Shown here piece after piece: positions 38,043 through 47,843 of a DNA stretch of 64,000 bases. Where the stretch lies: positions 58,643 to 122,642 of the forward strand of contig JAVEXP010000003.1 in the NCBI GenBank assembly GCA_034003985.1, in the 5' to 3' direction. This DNA comes from Patescibacteria group bacterium. GTDB taxonomy: Bacteria; Patescibacteriota; Patescibacteriia; Buchananbacterales; UBA6539. Every line of letters starts with the position of its first letter. Position 1 is the first letter of the stretch. A program made the position numbers and the translations under genes. Below the pieces are notes generated by a model. The model worked only from the letters and a program-made list of their open reading frames with translations. It did not search any database and was not told the DNA's origin.

Positions 38043-39470
38043 ATGGACAAAAATTATAAAGAAAAAACTTTATATATCAGCGGCATGCATTGCCCATCAT
38101 GCGAAATACTAATTGAAAAAAAGTTGCTAAAAAAAGAAGGTGTTGAAGCAGTTGAAGCATCGTTGAACAATTCTTCGGTACAAATTGTTTCGACCAACAA
38201 CACCGAAATTAACTTAGACGAACTCAATCGGGAATTTGCTGAATTGGGCTATTGCTTCAGCACCAAACCACTTGCCAAAAAAAATCATCACCTATTCTTT
38301 AAAAATCCTGACGGCAAATGGAAAATCAATCATCAGCAAGCTAAAAAACTATTCAAGAGCTTCCTGATTGCGGGCGGTTTCCTGATAATTTTTATAATAA
38401 TTGAAAAGGCCCAAGTCGGGAAATTTGTCTCAATTAAACCAGGGGCAACACTTTCGGCATTCTTCCTACTGGGGTTGACCGCTGGCGTTTCCAGCTGCGC
38501 CGCACTGGTTGGTGGCGTTTTATTATCTCTGACCAAGCATTGGCATGAACAAAACATTGATGCCGAGACCAACCTCGGTCGGGCAAAGCCACACTTAATG
38601 TTTCATTTTGGCCGAGTCAGCTCATTTTTTATTCTGGGCGGCATTCTAGGCTCAATTGGTGAGGTGATCACCTTTAACAACACAACGGTCTATGCTTTGT
38701 TGGTAATTGCGATTTCAGTGGTCATGTTACTTTCGGCCTTGCAGATGCTTAATGTTTCTTGGGCTAAAAAATTCTATTTTCGAATGCCCAAATTCATCAC
38801 TAGGGCGGCGGCCAAAGACCAAACCAACAAAACCGGTTTTGGGCCATTATTTGAGGGCGCTTTGACTTTCTTTCTGCCCTGCGGCTTCACTCTCATTGCC
38901 CAAGGAGCGGCTTTGGCCAGCGGGAATTTTCTTTTCGGCGCTTTAATAATGCTTTATTTTGCTTTTGGTACAATGCCGATGTTAATCGGCATCAGTCTTA
39001 GCGGTCTAAAATTCACCAGTAAACCTCATCTGACTGCCAAATTTTCAACAGTGGCGGGAATCTTAGTACTGTTTTTTGCCTTATACAATATCAATGGCCA
39101 ATTCAATGTTTTGGGATTACCCAGTCTCAACGACACTCCCCTGTTTAATGGACCACCGACAACCAAAACTTTGGACTTAGCAAAAAATAATCAAACTGAC
39201 GAACAAATAATTTCTTTAATCGCCAAAGACTTTAATTATATCCCTAATGGGCCAACCGAAATCAAAGCCGGCGTGCCGACCAAATTGATTGTCGATAATC
39301 AAGGAATTTTGGGGTGCGGCTCTTTTCTAGCCTCGCGCGGACTGATTAACGGTTTTGTGTCGCTGGCCAAAGGCCAAAATATCATTGATTTAGGAACACC
39401 GAAACCCGGCACTTACAAAATTACCTGTTCAATGGGAATGGTCCATCCGGTAACAATCAACATTAATTAA
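38043..39470 (+). CDS. HMA + DsbD_2/TauE-like membrane domain + cupredoxin-like fusion
   Basis: Motifs GMHCPSCE; SSCAALVGG; FHFGR; FFLPCGFT; TCSMGM. Confidence 0.88.
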   Translation: MDKNYKEKTLYISGMHCPSCEILIEKKLLKKEGVEAVEASLNNSSVQIVSTNNTEINLDELNREFAELGYCFSTKPLAKKNHHLFFKNPDGKWKINHQQAKKLFKSFLIAGGFLIIFIIIEKAQVGKFVSIKPGATLSAFFLLGLTAGVSSCAALVGGVLLSLTKHWHEQNIDAETNLGRAKPHLMFHFGRVSSFFILGGILGSIGEVITFNNTTVYALLVIAISVVMLLSALQMLNVSWAKKFYFRMPKFITRAAAKDQTNKTGFGPLFEGALTFFLPCGFTLIAQGAALASGNFLFGALIMLYFAFGTMPMLIGISLSGLKFTSKPHLTAKFSTVAGILVLFFALYNINGQFNVLGLPSLNDTPLFNGPPTTKTLDLAKNNQTDEQIISLIAKDFNYIPNGPTEIKAGVPTKLIVDNQGILGCGSFLASRGLINGFVSLAKGQNIIDLGTPKPGTYKITCSMGMVHPVTININ

Positions 39471-39471
39471 T

Positions 39472-39687
39472 ATGGATCAAGTTTTAACCATTAACGGCAT
39501 GCATTGCAATGCCTGCCGAAATCTAATTCGGATGGAATTGGCAGACAACGGTTACGCCGACAAGATTAAATCCATCAAAATTGTTAGCTCCAACCAAGGA
39601 AAAATTGAACTTCAAGAAGTTTCAATCGCCGAACAGGCGGCGATAAAAAAAATAATAAATAATCTGGCCCAATATTCCATTACTTAA
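39472..39687 (+). CDS. CopZ-like heavy-metal chaperone
   Basis: GMHCNAC. Confidence 0.8.
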   Translation: MDQVLTINGMHCNACRNLIRMELADNGYADKIKSIKIVSSNQGKIELQEVSIAEQAAIKKIINNLAQYSIT

Positions 39688-39692
39688 ATAAT

Positions 39693-42134
39693 ATGATCAA
39701 AAAAATTTTTCCCATCGTTGGAATGCATTGCGCTTCGTGTAAAATGCTAATCGAAAAAATGGTCGGTAAACTTGACGGCGTAACATCCGTAACAGTTAAT
39801 TACGCCACCGAGAAAATGGCCGTTGAATATGACGAAAATAAAATTAACATTGTCGATCTGGCCGGAGCGGTGGGTAAAGCCGGATCATATCAACTAGTCA
39901 CCGATGAACACAACCAAACGGTTCTAACTCCTAACAATCTAGCTAACCGACCGCAGGCCAAAATGCATGACCACGCTTCGGTTTTAAAACAAAAAGAATA
40001 TCAATTACTAAAAATTAAGGTAATATTAATCGGTTTGGGCGTAATACCTTTTGCGATCATTATGGCTAATATGATTCTGGCGGCTTTAGGTTTAAGCCGA
40101 GGTTGGCATGCACCGCTAGGATACCTTAATATCGAATCATTAAGCTACCGCCTAAATTTGCTCTGGTTTTTGGAATTTTTATTAGCCACACCGATTATAT
40201 TTATCGGCGGGTGGCAATTCTTCAGCAGTGCGCTCAGCGCCCTTAAAGCCAAAGCCGCCAACATGGATACGCTGATTGCCCTGGGCACTTTCACCGCCTG
40301 GTTGTTTTCGACAATCGTCACTTTCACCCCCGACATTCTTGGCGGGATTAAAACCGAAGTATTCTACGAAGCGGCCGTTTTTATTGTCTTTTTTATCCTG
40401 CTGGGGAGACTACTGGAAGCCCGGGCCAAGGGCCAGGCCAATGACGCAATTAAAAAACTGCTCGCTTTGCAGGCCAAAGAGGCAACCGTGATTAGAGACG
40501 GACGAGAAATTAAAATTCCAATTGACCAAGTGATTATCGGGGACAAAATTATGGTTAAGCCCGGAGAAAAAATCCCGGTTGACGGTATCATTGTCGAAGG
40601 CGCCAGCACCATTGACGAATCAATGATCAGCGGCGAATCAATGCCGGTAGATAAAACAATCGGCCAGCAGGTAATTGGAGCAACCATCAACAAAACCGGG
40701 GCTTTTATTTTCGAGGCCAAAAAAATCGGTGCCGATACCATTTTGGCACAAATCATTAATCTGGTTGAACAGGCTCAAGCGACTACCGCGCCAATCCAGC
40801 GACGGGCCGATAAAATCTCGGCCATATTTGTCCCAACCGTAACGGTAATTGCCGTAATCGCCTTTTGGTTTTGGTGGCTGGCAGCGCCAAGACTGGGGCT
40901 ACTAACAAGCGATCAGCCAATTATTCAATTGGCGGTTTTCATTGCCACCACGATTTTAATCATCGCCTGTCCCTGCGCTCTGGGACTAGCCACGCCGACC
41001 GCCGTAATGGTAGGTACTGGCAAAGCCGCGGGGCGAGGAATTTTAATCAAAGATGCCAGTGCTTTAGAAATAGTCCACAAAGTTAACACCGTTGTTTTTG
41101 ACAAAACCGGCACGCTAACCAAGGGACAACCGGAAGTAACCGAGGTGGTGATTGCCCCTGGCACAAATCAGGCCAGGCTTTTTCAACAAGCCTACGCCAT
41201 TGAAAAATTATCAGAACATCCCTTATCAACAGCCATTACTAGATACACCGAAACCAAAATTAAACCCTTGGCCGAAAAAGTCAAAAATTTTTCCGCGATT
41301 GCCGGTCAAGGGATTAAAGCTCAATTGGATCAAACGGAAATTTTACTTGGCAACCAAAGATTAATGTCAGAAAATAACATCAGATCTAATCCGCAAATTG
41401 ACCAAGCGGCCAAACAATTAGTTAAATCCGGCAAGACCATAATTTTAATGGCCGTTGCGGGAAATTTACAAGCCGTCTTTGGACTGGCCGATGTTGTCAA
41501 AACCGACTCTCGGCTCGCCATTGAAAAATTACAGCGCCTGGGAATGAAAACAATAATGTTAACCGGTGACAACTTAAAAACCGCCCAAACGATTGCCAAA
41601 CAATTGGGAATTGATGATGTTATTGCCGATGTCTTACCTCAAGATAAGAGTGACATTATTAAAAAATTACAAAACCACGATCAAATGGTGGCAATGGTTG
41701 GTGACGGTATTAACGACGCACCAGCCCTAGCCCAGGCAGATGTGGGAATCGCCATGGGCAACGGTACCGATATTGCAATTGAAGCCGGTGACATTATTTT
41801 AGTCAAGGGTTCATTGGATAAAGTCGCCGAAGCCATAACTATGTCAAAATTAACTTTAATTACCATCAAACAAAATCTGTTTTGGGCGTTTGGCTATAAT
41901 ATCGTTGCCATTCCGCTGGCAGCCGGGGTACTCTATCCAGTATCGGGATTATTGTTATCCCCCATCATTGCCAGCGCGGCCATGGCTTTTAGTTCAATAT
42001 CAGTGGTCTTAAACAGTCTCCGATTAAAAACCTTGACTTTAACTAATCGCTATTTTTCTGATGCCGTTTTTTATCTCTTCATCGTCATATTCTTGGCGGC
42101 AGCCGGCTATGCCGGAACTCTACTAACTGACTAA
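39693..42134 (+). CDS. copA: Cu(I)-translocating P1B-1 ATPase
   Basis: Motifs GMHCASC, CPCALGLATP, DKTGTLT, SEHP, GDGINDAP, YN, MAFSS. Confidence 0.95.
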   Translation: MIKKIFPIVGMHCASCKMLIEKMVGKLDGVTSVTVNYATEKMAVEYDENKINIVDLAGAVGKAGSYQLVTDEHNQTVLTPNNLANRPQAKMHDHASVLKQKEYQLLKIKVILIGLGVIPFAIIMANMILAALGLSRGWHAPLGYLNIESLSYRLNLLWFLEFLLATPIIFIGGWQFFSSALSALKAKAANMDTLIALGTFTAWLFSTIVTFTPDILGGIKTEVFYEAAVFIVFFILLGRLLEARAKGQANDAIKKLLALQAKEATVIRDGREIKIPIDQVIIGDKIMVKPGEKIPVDGIIVEGASTIDESMISGESMPVDKTIGQQVIGATINKTGAFIFEAKKIGADTILAQIINLVEQAQATTAPIQRRADKISAIFVPTVTVIAVIAFWFWWLAAPRLGLLTSDQPIIQLAVFIATTILIIACPCALGLATPTAVMVGTGKAAGRGILIKDASALEIVHKVNTVVFDKTGTLTKGQPEVTEVVIAPGTNQARLFQQAYAIEKLSEHPLSTAITRYTETKIKPLAEKVKNFSAIAGQGIKAQLDQTEILLGNQRLMSENNIRSNPQIDQAAKQLVKSGKTIILMAVAGNLQAVFGLADVVKTDSRLAIEKLQRLGMKTIMLTGDNLKTAQTIAKQLGIDDVIADVLPQDKSDIIKKLQNHDQMVAMVGDGINDAPALAQADVGIAMGNGTDIAIEAGDIILVKGSLDKVAEAITMSKLTLITIKQNLFWAFGYNIVAIPLAAGVLYPVSGLLLSPIIASAAMAFSSISVVLNSLRLKTLTLTNRYFSDAVFYLFIVIFLAAAGYAGTLLTD

Positions 42135-42221
42135 ACCAACTCCTTTTAAAAAAATGCCAAAGGGGCGGTTTTTTTGGTATTTAAAAAATGTCCTTGACAA
42201 GATTAAAATTTTAAGATAATA

Positions 42222-42247
42222 TAATTATGGGTATATATTCATAATTA
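42222..42247 (+). promoter_or_regulatory. Palindromic operator candidate downstream of a TTGACA promoter
   Basis: TAATTATG-GG-TATATA-TT-CATAATTA. Confidence 0.6.
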
Positions 42248-42273
42248 ATAATCCATAGAAAGGTGGTGATTTT

Positions 42274-42504
42274 ATGCCTTATTTTGATGGTACTGGCCCT
42301 TTGGGAAACGGTGCAATGGGACGCGGGTTGGGACCCTGCGGTCGCGGACTAAACCGCGGTCGCGGCGGATTCAGCCGACGGTTTTGGCATCGCAACTGGA
42401 CCAAACAGGACGAGCTCAAATCTCTGGACGAGGAAGAAAAAACGCTCAAAGAAGAACTAGCAGCCATTAGCCAGGAGCGCGAAAACCTGACAAACCAAAA
42501 ATAA
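42274..42504 (+). CDS. DUF5320 family protein
   Basis: MP..DGTGP.G.G...GRG.GPC, Gly/Arg-rich middle, coiled-coil end. Confidence 0.85.
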   Translation: MPYFDGTGPLGNGAMGRGLGPCGRGLNRGRGGFSRRFWHRNWTKQDELKSLDEEEKTLKEELAAISQERENLTNQK

Positions 42505-42595
42505 AGAAGGCTTGGGAGACTGCTCCCCCTTTTTTAGGGGGAGCAGGCAAGCCTTCTTAGTCAACAGAGTATCACTTTATTTAATAATTTTCAAT

Positions 42596-42874
42596 ATGCC
42601 AAGACCAAGAAAATGCCGCCGGATAAGATGGCGCGGAGACGCCAATTACTTTAAGCCGCTGGGAATACCCATGCGCCATTTGACCGAGATTGAACTGACC
42701 GCCGAGGAAATCGAGGCTGTCCGACTGAAAGATTATTTGGGATTAGATCAAACCGAGGCAGCTAAAAAAATGAATACTTCCCAAAGCACTTTCCAACGAA
42801 TTTTGACCTCGGCCAGAAAAAAAATCGCTCAAGCGATTACCACTGGTCAAGCAATTAAAATTAATATTAAATAA
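42596..42874 (+). CDS. DUF134 family HTH protein
   Basis: Motifs MPRPRKCRRI, FKP.G, EE.EA.RL.D..GL.Q.EAA..M..SQST.QRIL.SAR.KIA. Confidence 0.9.
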   Translation: MPRPRKCRRIRWRGDANYFKPLGIPMRHLTEIELTAEEIEAVRLKDYLGLDQTEAAKKMNTSQSTFQRILTSARKKIAQAITTGQAIKINIK

Positions 42875-42881
42875 CAAAAAC

Positions 42882-43151
42882 ATGAAAGTCTTAAAATTCG
42901 GCGCTGTCTGGTGTCCAGGCTGCGTCATTATGAAACCGCGCTGGCAGGAAATTGAGGCTGAACTGCCCTGGCTAAAAACCGAATATTATGAATATGACGA
43001 CCATCCGGAATTAATAGAACAATACCAAATCGGCCAAGAAATTCCCGTATTTATATTCCTGGATAAAGATGGCAAAGAATTTGCCAGATTTAAAGGAGAA
43101 ATCAGTAAAAAAGAGTTGATTGAATTTGTTAAAAATAATAAAAACAAATAG
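42882..43151 (+). CDS. Thioredoxin family protein
   Basis: WCPGC; IPVFIF. Confidence 0.88.
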   Translation: MKVLKFGAVWCPGCVIMKPRWQEIEAELPWLKTEYYEYDDHPELIEQYQIGQEIPVFIFLDKDGKEFARFKGEISKKELIEFVKNNKNK

Positions 43152-43153
43152 CT

Positions 43154-43786
43154 CTATTCTTTGGGCTGTAAGATTTCAGTTGAGCCGGTAATCAGGACGA
43201 GCTTTGACCCCCCATCAGCCAATTTAATGGTCAGACTGGTATCGTCTTTTTTTAATATTTCACCTTGAACCATCATTGAACTCTGACTGGTCCTGGCCTG
43301 AATACCATTTGGCCGGGAATTACCCTGCTGGGCAAAACGCGATCGCATTTGTTCGCGTTGCTCATCGGTCAAATCTTCAAAATCCGGCATTTGACCGTTG
43401 GCTTTGGCGACAGCCTGTTGGCGATCCTGGGATCCGACACCTTGATCAGGCTGAGGGCGAATATCGGAGTTAATCATTCCCAAACCAGGCGGGAGCATAT
43501 TTTCAGCAGCGCCGACAATAATCCTGCTGGCGGTGATGCTGCCATCGTCATTACTAGCACCCGTAATCACCACTTGGTTGCCAATAACCAACTGCGAAAA
43601 ATCTGTGATGGTAAAATTTTCTTCAAAATTGAACCGGACGGCTCGATCGGTAGAAGTGGCTTGATCCAAAAAATTGTTTAAATCGCCTTGGCTATTATTA
43701 CCAGCATTCTGGCTGGCAGTTGCACAACCACTAATAAGCAACAGTCCGGAGGCCAAAGTTAAGTAAAAAAAGTTAACCTTTTTCAT
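43154..43786 (-). CDS. Lipoprotein with OB-fold (DUF5666-like) segments
   Basis: Lipobox ISGC; L.IG.QV.ITG..N.DGSITA..I; GEI...D..S.TIKL.DG.SKLV. Confidence 0.75.
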   Translation of the reverse strand: MKKVNFFYLTLASGLLLISGCATASQNAGNNSQGDLNNFLDQATSTDRAVRFNFEENFTITDFSQLVIGNQVVITGASNDDGSITASRIIVGAAENMLPPGLGMINSDIRPQPDQGVGSQDRQQAVAKANGQMPDFEDLTDEQREQMRSRFAQQGNSRPNGIQARTSQSSMMVQGEILKKDDTSLTIKLADGGSKLVLITGSTEILQPKE

Positions 43787-43798
43787 TTCCTAAGTTAG

Positions 43799-43906
43799 TT
43801 AATAATAAAATAAAAAAGTAAGGATTAAAATTGCCAAGGCGGCAAGCAACAATACGGCGAAAGCCTTGAATTTATTGCCGGATTGATCATCAAAATCGTT
43901 ATTCAT
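43799..43906 (-). CDS. Possible 35-aa single-TM peptide
   Basis: MNNDFDDQSGNKFKAFAVLLLAALAILILTFLFYY*; start overlaps the permease stop. Confidence 0.45.
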   Translation of the reverse strand: MNNDFDDQSGNKFKAFAVLLLAALAILILTFLFYY

Positions 43907-45125
43907 ATCGCAAGGCCTGAATCGGGTCAAGCTTGGCCGCCCGGCGCGCCGGATAATAACCAAAAATAATACCGATGCCAGAAGACACCCCAACGGCCAG
44001 AATAATTGACGAAACATTAACCACTGTAGTGGTGCCGCTTAATTTGGTAATTAAAATTGACGCCAGCCAACCAAGAAAAATGCCAATGACACCGCCAACA
44101 AAAGTCAAAGCCATTGATTCAGCCAAAAATTGGAAACTGATGTCCCGTCGCTTAGCGCCAAGCGATTTACGCAAACCGATTTCCCTGGTGCGTTCGGTAA
44201 CGGTGGTCAGCATCATATTCATAATGCCAATTCCGCCGACCAATAAAGAAATGCCGGCGATCGCTCCCAACAACAAAGTCAGGGTGCCGCTGACTGAAGA
44301 CAAAGCGCTCAAGACATCGGCTTGATTGACAATGGTAAAATCGGCGCTGGCGGCGTCAGCGATTTTGTGCCTAGTTAAAAGCAAATTGGTAACTTCTTCC
44401 TGAGCAGCATCCATTAAATCCTCTTGGCTAATTTCGATATTAATATTACTAACCGATTCACTGCCAGTAAGATAACGCTGGGCCGTAGAAATCGGAATAT
44501 AAATCAAGTCGTCGGAACTGCCAAACCCGGTTCCACCCTTGGAAGTGGTCACACCAATAACCGTAAACTCCAATCCCTCAATGCGAATTTTTTTACCGAC
44601 CGGGTCGGCATCTTGGCCGAACAAATCATCTCTGGTAGTCGGGCCTAAAACCGCGACCTTGGAATTTCGGCTGACATGCTGATCAGTGATGAAAGTCCCC
44701 AAATCAACAGCCACGGTTTTAATTTCACCATAGGCCGGAGTGATACCATAAATGCTGGTGTTAGTATTGGTACCTTCGGTTGTAGCAACTTGTTTGCGGG
44801 AAGAAACCGTTGGCGCAATGGCTTTGATATTGCTGACTTCTTGGGCAATGGCATTGGAATCATCAATGGTCAAGGTAGTTGCCGAACCAAAGCCGCCGCG
44901 CACCACCGAACCGGCAGTCCGCTGCGAACCAGGCGAGACCACCAACAAATTAGTGCCCAGCGATTGAATATTGGACTGAATATCAGCCGTCGCGCCTTGG
45001 CCGATTGAAATCATCGCAATCACTGAGCCAATGCCAATGACAATCCCTAAAATCGTCAAAGCTGAACGAGACTTATTGGAATACAGGGCCAAATAGGTTT
45101 CTTGAAACAAATCAGAAACTAGCAT
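43899..45125 (-). CDS. MacB/FtsX-type ABC transporter permease
   Basis: Motifs RS.LT.LGIVIG, ISLLVGGIGIMNMML..VTERTREIG.RK.LGA, YPA.RAA.LDPI.ALRYE. Confidence 0.95.
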   Translation of the reverse strand: MLVSDLFQETYLALYSNKSRSALTILGIVIGIGSVIAMISIGQGATADIQSNIQSLGTNLLVVSPGSQRTAGSVVRGGFGSATTLTIDDSNAIAQEVSNIKAIAPTVSSRKQVATTEGTNTNTSIYGITPAYGEIKTVAVDLGTFITDQHVSRNSKVAVLGPTTRDDLFGQDADPVGKKIRIEGLEFTVIGVTTSKGGTGFGSSDDLIYIPISTAQRYLTGSESVSNINIEISQEDLMDAAQEEVTNLLLTRHKIADAASADFTIVNQADVLSALSSVSGTLTLLLGAIAGISLLVGGIGIMNMMLTTVTERTREIGLRKSLGAKRRDISFQFLAESMALTFVGGVIGIFLGWLASILITKLSGTTTVVNVSSIILAVGVSSGIGIIFGYYPARRAAKLDPIQALRYE

Positions 45126-45127
45126 GG

Positions 45128-45832
45128 TTATTTATCCTTTAATAAATTCTCACTTTGACGATCAACCGCAATTAATCCATCTTTGATTTCAATCACCCGA
45201 TCAGCATGTTCGGCAACATACTTCTCGTGAGTGATTAACACAATGGTATGACCTTTCTCACGGTTAAGGCGTTGAAAAGTTTCTAAAACGATATCACCGG
45301 TTTTGGAATCCAAATTGCCGGTCGGCTCATCTGCCAAAATCAAATCCGGTTCGTTGACCAGCGCCCGAGCAATGGCCACCCGCTGCATCTGTCCGCCGGA
45401 CAATTGATTGGAAAGATGGTGCCAGCGATTTTCCTCCAAACCCGAAGCCTGCAAAGCGACTTTGGCTTTGGCCAAGCGCTGAACCTTAGGAGTTGCCCGG
45501 TCATAAATTAAAGGCAACATGACATTGCGCAACACCGTTGAACGGGAAAGTAAATTAAACGATTGAAATACAAAACCAATTTTTTGCGAGCGGATTTCGG
45601 CCAGTTTATCATTGGATAAAGTCAACATATCCTGGCCGTTAAGAAAATAACAGCCGGAAGTCGGACGATCCAAAGCGCCTAAAATATGCATCAAGGTCGA
45701 CTTGCCGGAACCAGACGGACCGACAATCGCCACAAATTCACCCGGTTTAATTTCGAATGACACTTCTTTTAGAACTTTCAATTCAATGTCACCGGTATTA
45801 TAAATTTTAGTCAGCTTTTCGCATTTAATCAT
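45128..45832 (-). CDS. ABC transporter ATP-binding protein (LolD/MacB type)
   Basis: Motifs [29 protein letters not shown]. Confidence 0.95.
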   Translation of the reverse strand: MIKCEKLTKIYNTGDIELKVLKEVSFEIKPGEFVAIVGPSGSGKSTLMHILGALDRPTSGCYFLNGQDMLTLSNDKLAEIRSQKIGFVFQSFNLLSRSTVLRNVMLPLIYDRATPKVQRLAKAKVALQASGLEENRWHHLSNQLSGGQMQRVAIARALVNEPDLILADEPTGNLDSKTGDIVLETFQRLNREKGHTIVLITHEKYVAEHADRVIEIKDGLIAVDRQSENLLKDK

Positions 45833-45833
45833 A

Positions 45834-47612
45834 TTATCGCGGCGGGCCAGTGGCACCGTTAAGCTGCATCATGCTGCGCATTGCGTCATTGTTAGAACTG
45901 TTGGAATTTGAATTTGACGAAGAAGTAACGCCACTAGATCCGCCGATAGTTTGGGTAATGACCTGATCACCTTCAGTCAAACCGTCAACAATTTCAATCA
46001 TTGTATCATTACTTAAACCAGTGGTAACGGCCACTCGTTGAGGTTGACTATCAACCAAAACTTCGACATAACTGCTATTGCCAACGGTCTTGACGGCGCT
46101 CAAAGGAACCATTAAAACATCCTGACTGGAATCAACAATAATATTGGCACTTAAAGTCATGCCCGGTTTAATTCTATCGTCTTGAACATCAAAGCCAATC
46201 TTGATGCCATAACTTACCACCCCGGAAGCGACCGTACCCAAAGTATCAACCTCGGCTACTTCGCCAGTAATCATCAAATTATCGATGGCATCAAATTCCA
46301 AAATCGCGCGCTGGCCAAGTTTAACTTTGGCGGCATCAATTTCATTCAAAGTAATTTCGGCCAATTTGGTGGTAGTAATTAAAGTGGCAACCGTCGTGCC
46401 GGAGCTAACGGTGTCCCCTTTACTGACATTCACTTCGGCAAGAACGCCGTCAAAAGGCGCCCGGACATAATAATCAGCCAACTCCTGCCGGGCATCAAGC
46501 AATGAATTTTCTTTTTGCTTGATAGCCAACTTCTGGGATTTAATATCAAGCTCATCGGTACCGGCCAGCAACTCGGCTAAAGTACCTTCCTGTTCGGCAA
46601 TTGTCCGATCAGCATCAACGATGTCTTTTTGATAATTGATGATACTATTTTTAGCAGACAATATTGATGAAATATGACTATTGACTTTACTGGTATAACT
46701 TTCCAAGTTGTTTTGATGGGTAGCAGTCGCGCCTGGAACCTGAACATCCTTGCTGGTTAAGGTGTCTTCAAAAAAATCAATTAAATTTTTCATATTCTTA
46801 ACCGATTCCGAAACATCTTTGATAGTGTTATAAGTCTGAAGAATTAAGGCTTCAATTTCTTCGTTGTTGGAATAACGGCTAGAGTTTTTATAGTCCTCAA
46901 AATTCTGCTCATATTCCTGACGGGCTTTATCATAGCTAGCAATGGCTTTATCGACATACTCATCAACCTTATACTCCTGGCCGTTACCGACATAACGCTT
47001 GGCCAGAGTTTTGTAATAATCAATATTCCACTGATCGTTACTAAAATCATTACCAAAAATAACGCCATCCAACCCCGCCATCAAACTTGGCAAATCCAAA
47101 AAAACATTAGCCACATCATTAAAACCATTTTCGTAAGAAAGCGCGAGATTTTCTGCAATCTCCAACTTGTTTTCCTTGGCTTGTTCAAGGTTATTTTGGG
47201 CTTTGGCCACTTCCAATTCATCGGCGGGCGCCGTTAATTTTTCCAATGAAATTTTGGCGCTTTCCAAATTGGCTTGAGCATCGCGAATTGATTTTAAAGC
47301 CGAAACATTATCCAACTGAGCGATTAATTCGCCGGATTTTACTTCCTGGCCGTTTACTACTCCCAAGTAAAGCACTTTGCCCGATGCCTCGGGTTTGATT
47401 TCAACCTGATTAGAAACAGCCACTTGGCCAGTACCAGAAACGGCAACGCTGATCGTCCCCTTTTCAGCAGCGGCGGCAACATACTGAACGGTAATATCCG
47501 ACTCACCCTTGAAATATTGCCAAGCATACCAACTGCCGAAGCCAACCAAAGCCGAAGCAACGACGGGAATAATTATTTTTTTAGAAAAAATCTTTTTTAG
47601 GATAGGTTTCAT
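45834..47612 (-). CDS. MacA/HlyD-type efflux adaptor with a long helical insertion
   Basis: N-terminal TM, V..G..V..G..IA.LD, APFDG, KPGMT, VP.SAV, GL..G..V. Confidence 0.9.
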   Translation of the reverse strand: MKPILKKIFSKKIIIPVVASALVGFGSWYAWQYFKGESDITVQYVAAAAEKGTISVAVSGTGQVAVSNQVEIKPEASGKVLYLGVVNGQEVKSGELIAQLDNVSALKSIRDAQANLESAKISLEKLTAPADELEVAKAQNNLEQAKENKLEIAENLALSYENGFNDVANVFLDLPSLMAGLDGVIFGNDFSNDQWNIDYYKTLAKRYVGNGQEYKVDEYVDKAIASYDKARQEYEQNFEDYKNSSRYSNNEEIEALILQTYNTIKDVSESVKNMKNLIDFFEDTLTSKDVQVPGATATHQNNLESYTSKVNSHISSILSAKNSIINYQKDIVDADRTIAEQEGTLAELLAGTDELDIKSQKLAIKQKENSLLDARQELADYYVRAPFDGVLAEVNVSKGDTVSSGTTVATLITTTKLAEITLNEIDAAKVKLGQRAILEFDAIDNLMITGEVAEVDTLGTVASGVVSYGIKIGFDVQDDRIKPGMTLSANIIVDSSQDVLMVPLSAVKTVGNSSYVEVLVDSQPQRVAVTTGLSNDTMIEIVDGLTEGDQVITQTIGGSSGVTSSSNSNSNSSNNDAMRSMMQLNGATGPPR

Positions 47613-47843
47613 ATAAATTTTTATATTTTAACCCCCACTAGTCTGTAGCCACTAGCGAGGGTTAAAATATATGCTACAGCTAAATTTTGCCGGTTAATTA
47701 TTAAGCTTATTTGACTGATTATTTTTTAAACTACTTACTATAATACGCAAAAATATCAATTTTATTTCAAGGGGCAGTAAATTACAAACCTTTGAATTTT
47801 TGATATAATAAATCAGGGAAACTAAATAACTTAAACTAATACC

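Noticed and set aside
47680-47843. M-box riboswitch or mgtL leader before the MgtA-like ATPase
   Set aside because: Promoter-like sequence lies close to the start; no room or motif for either.
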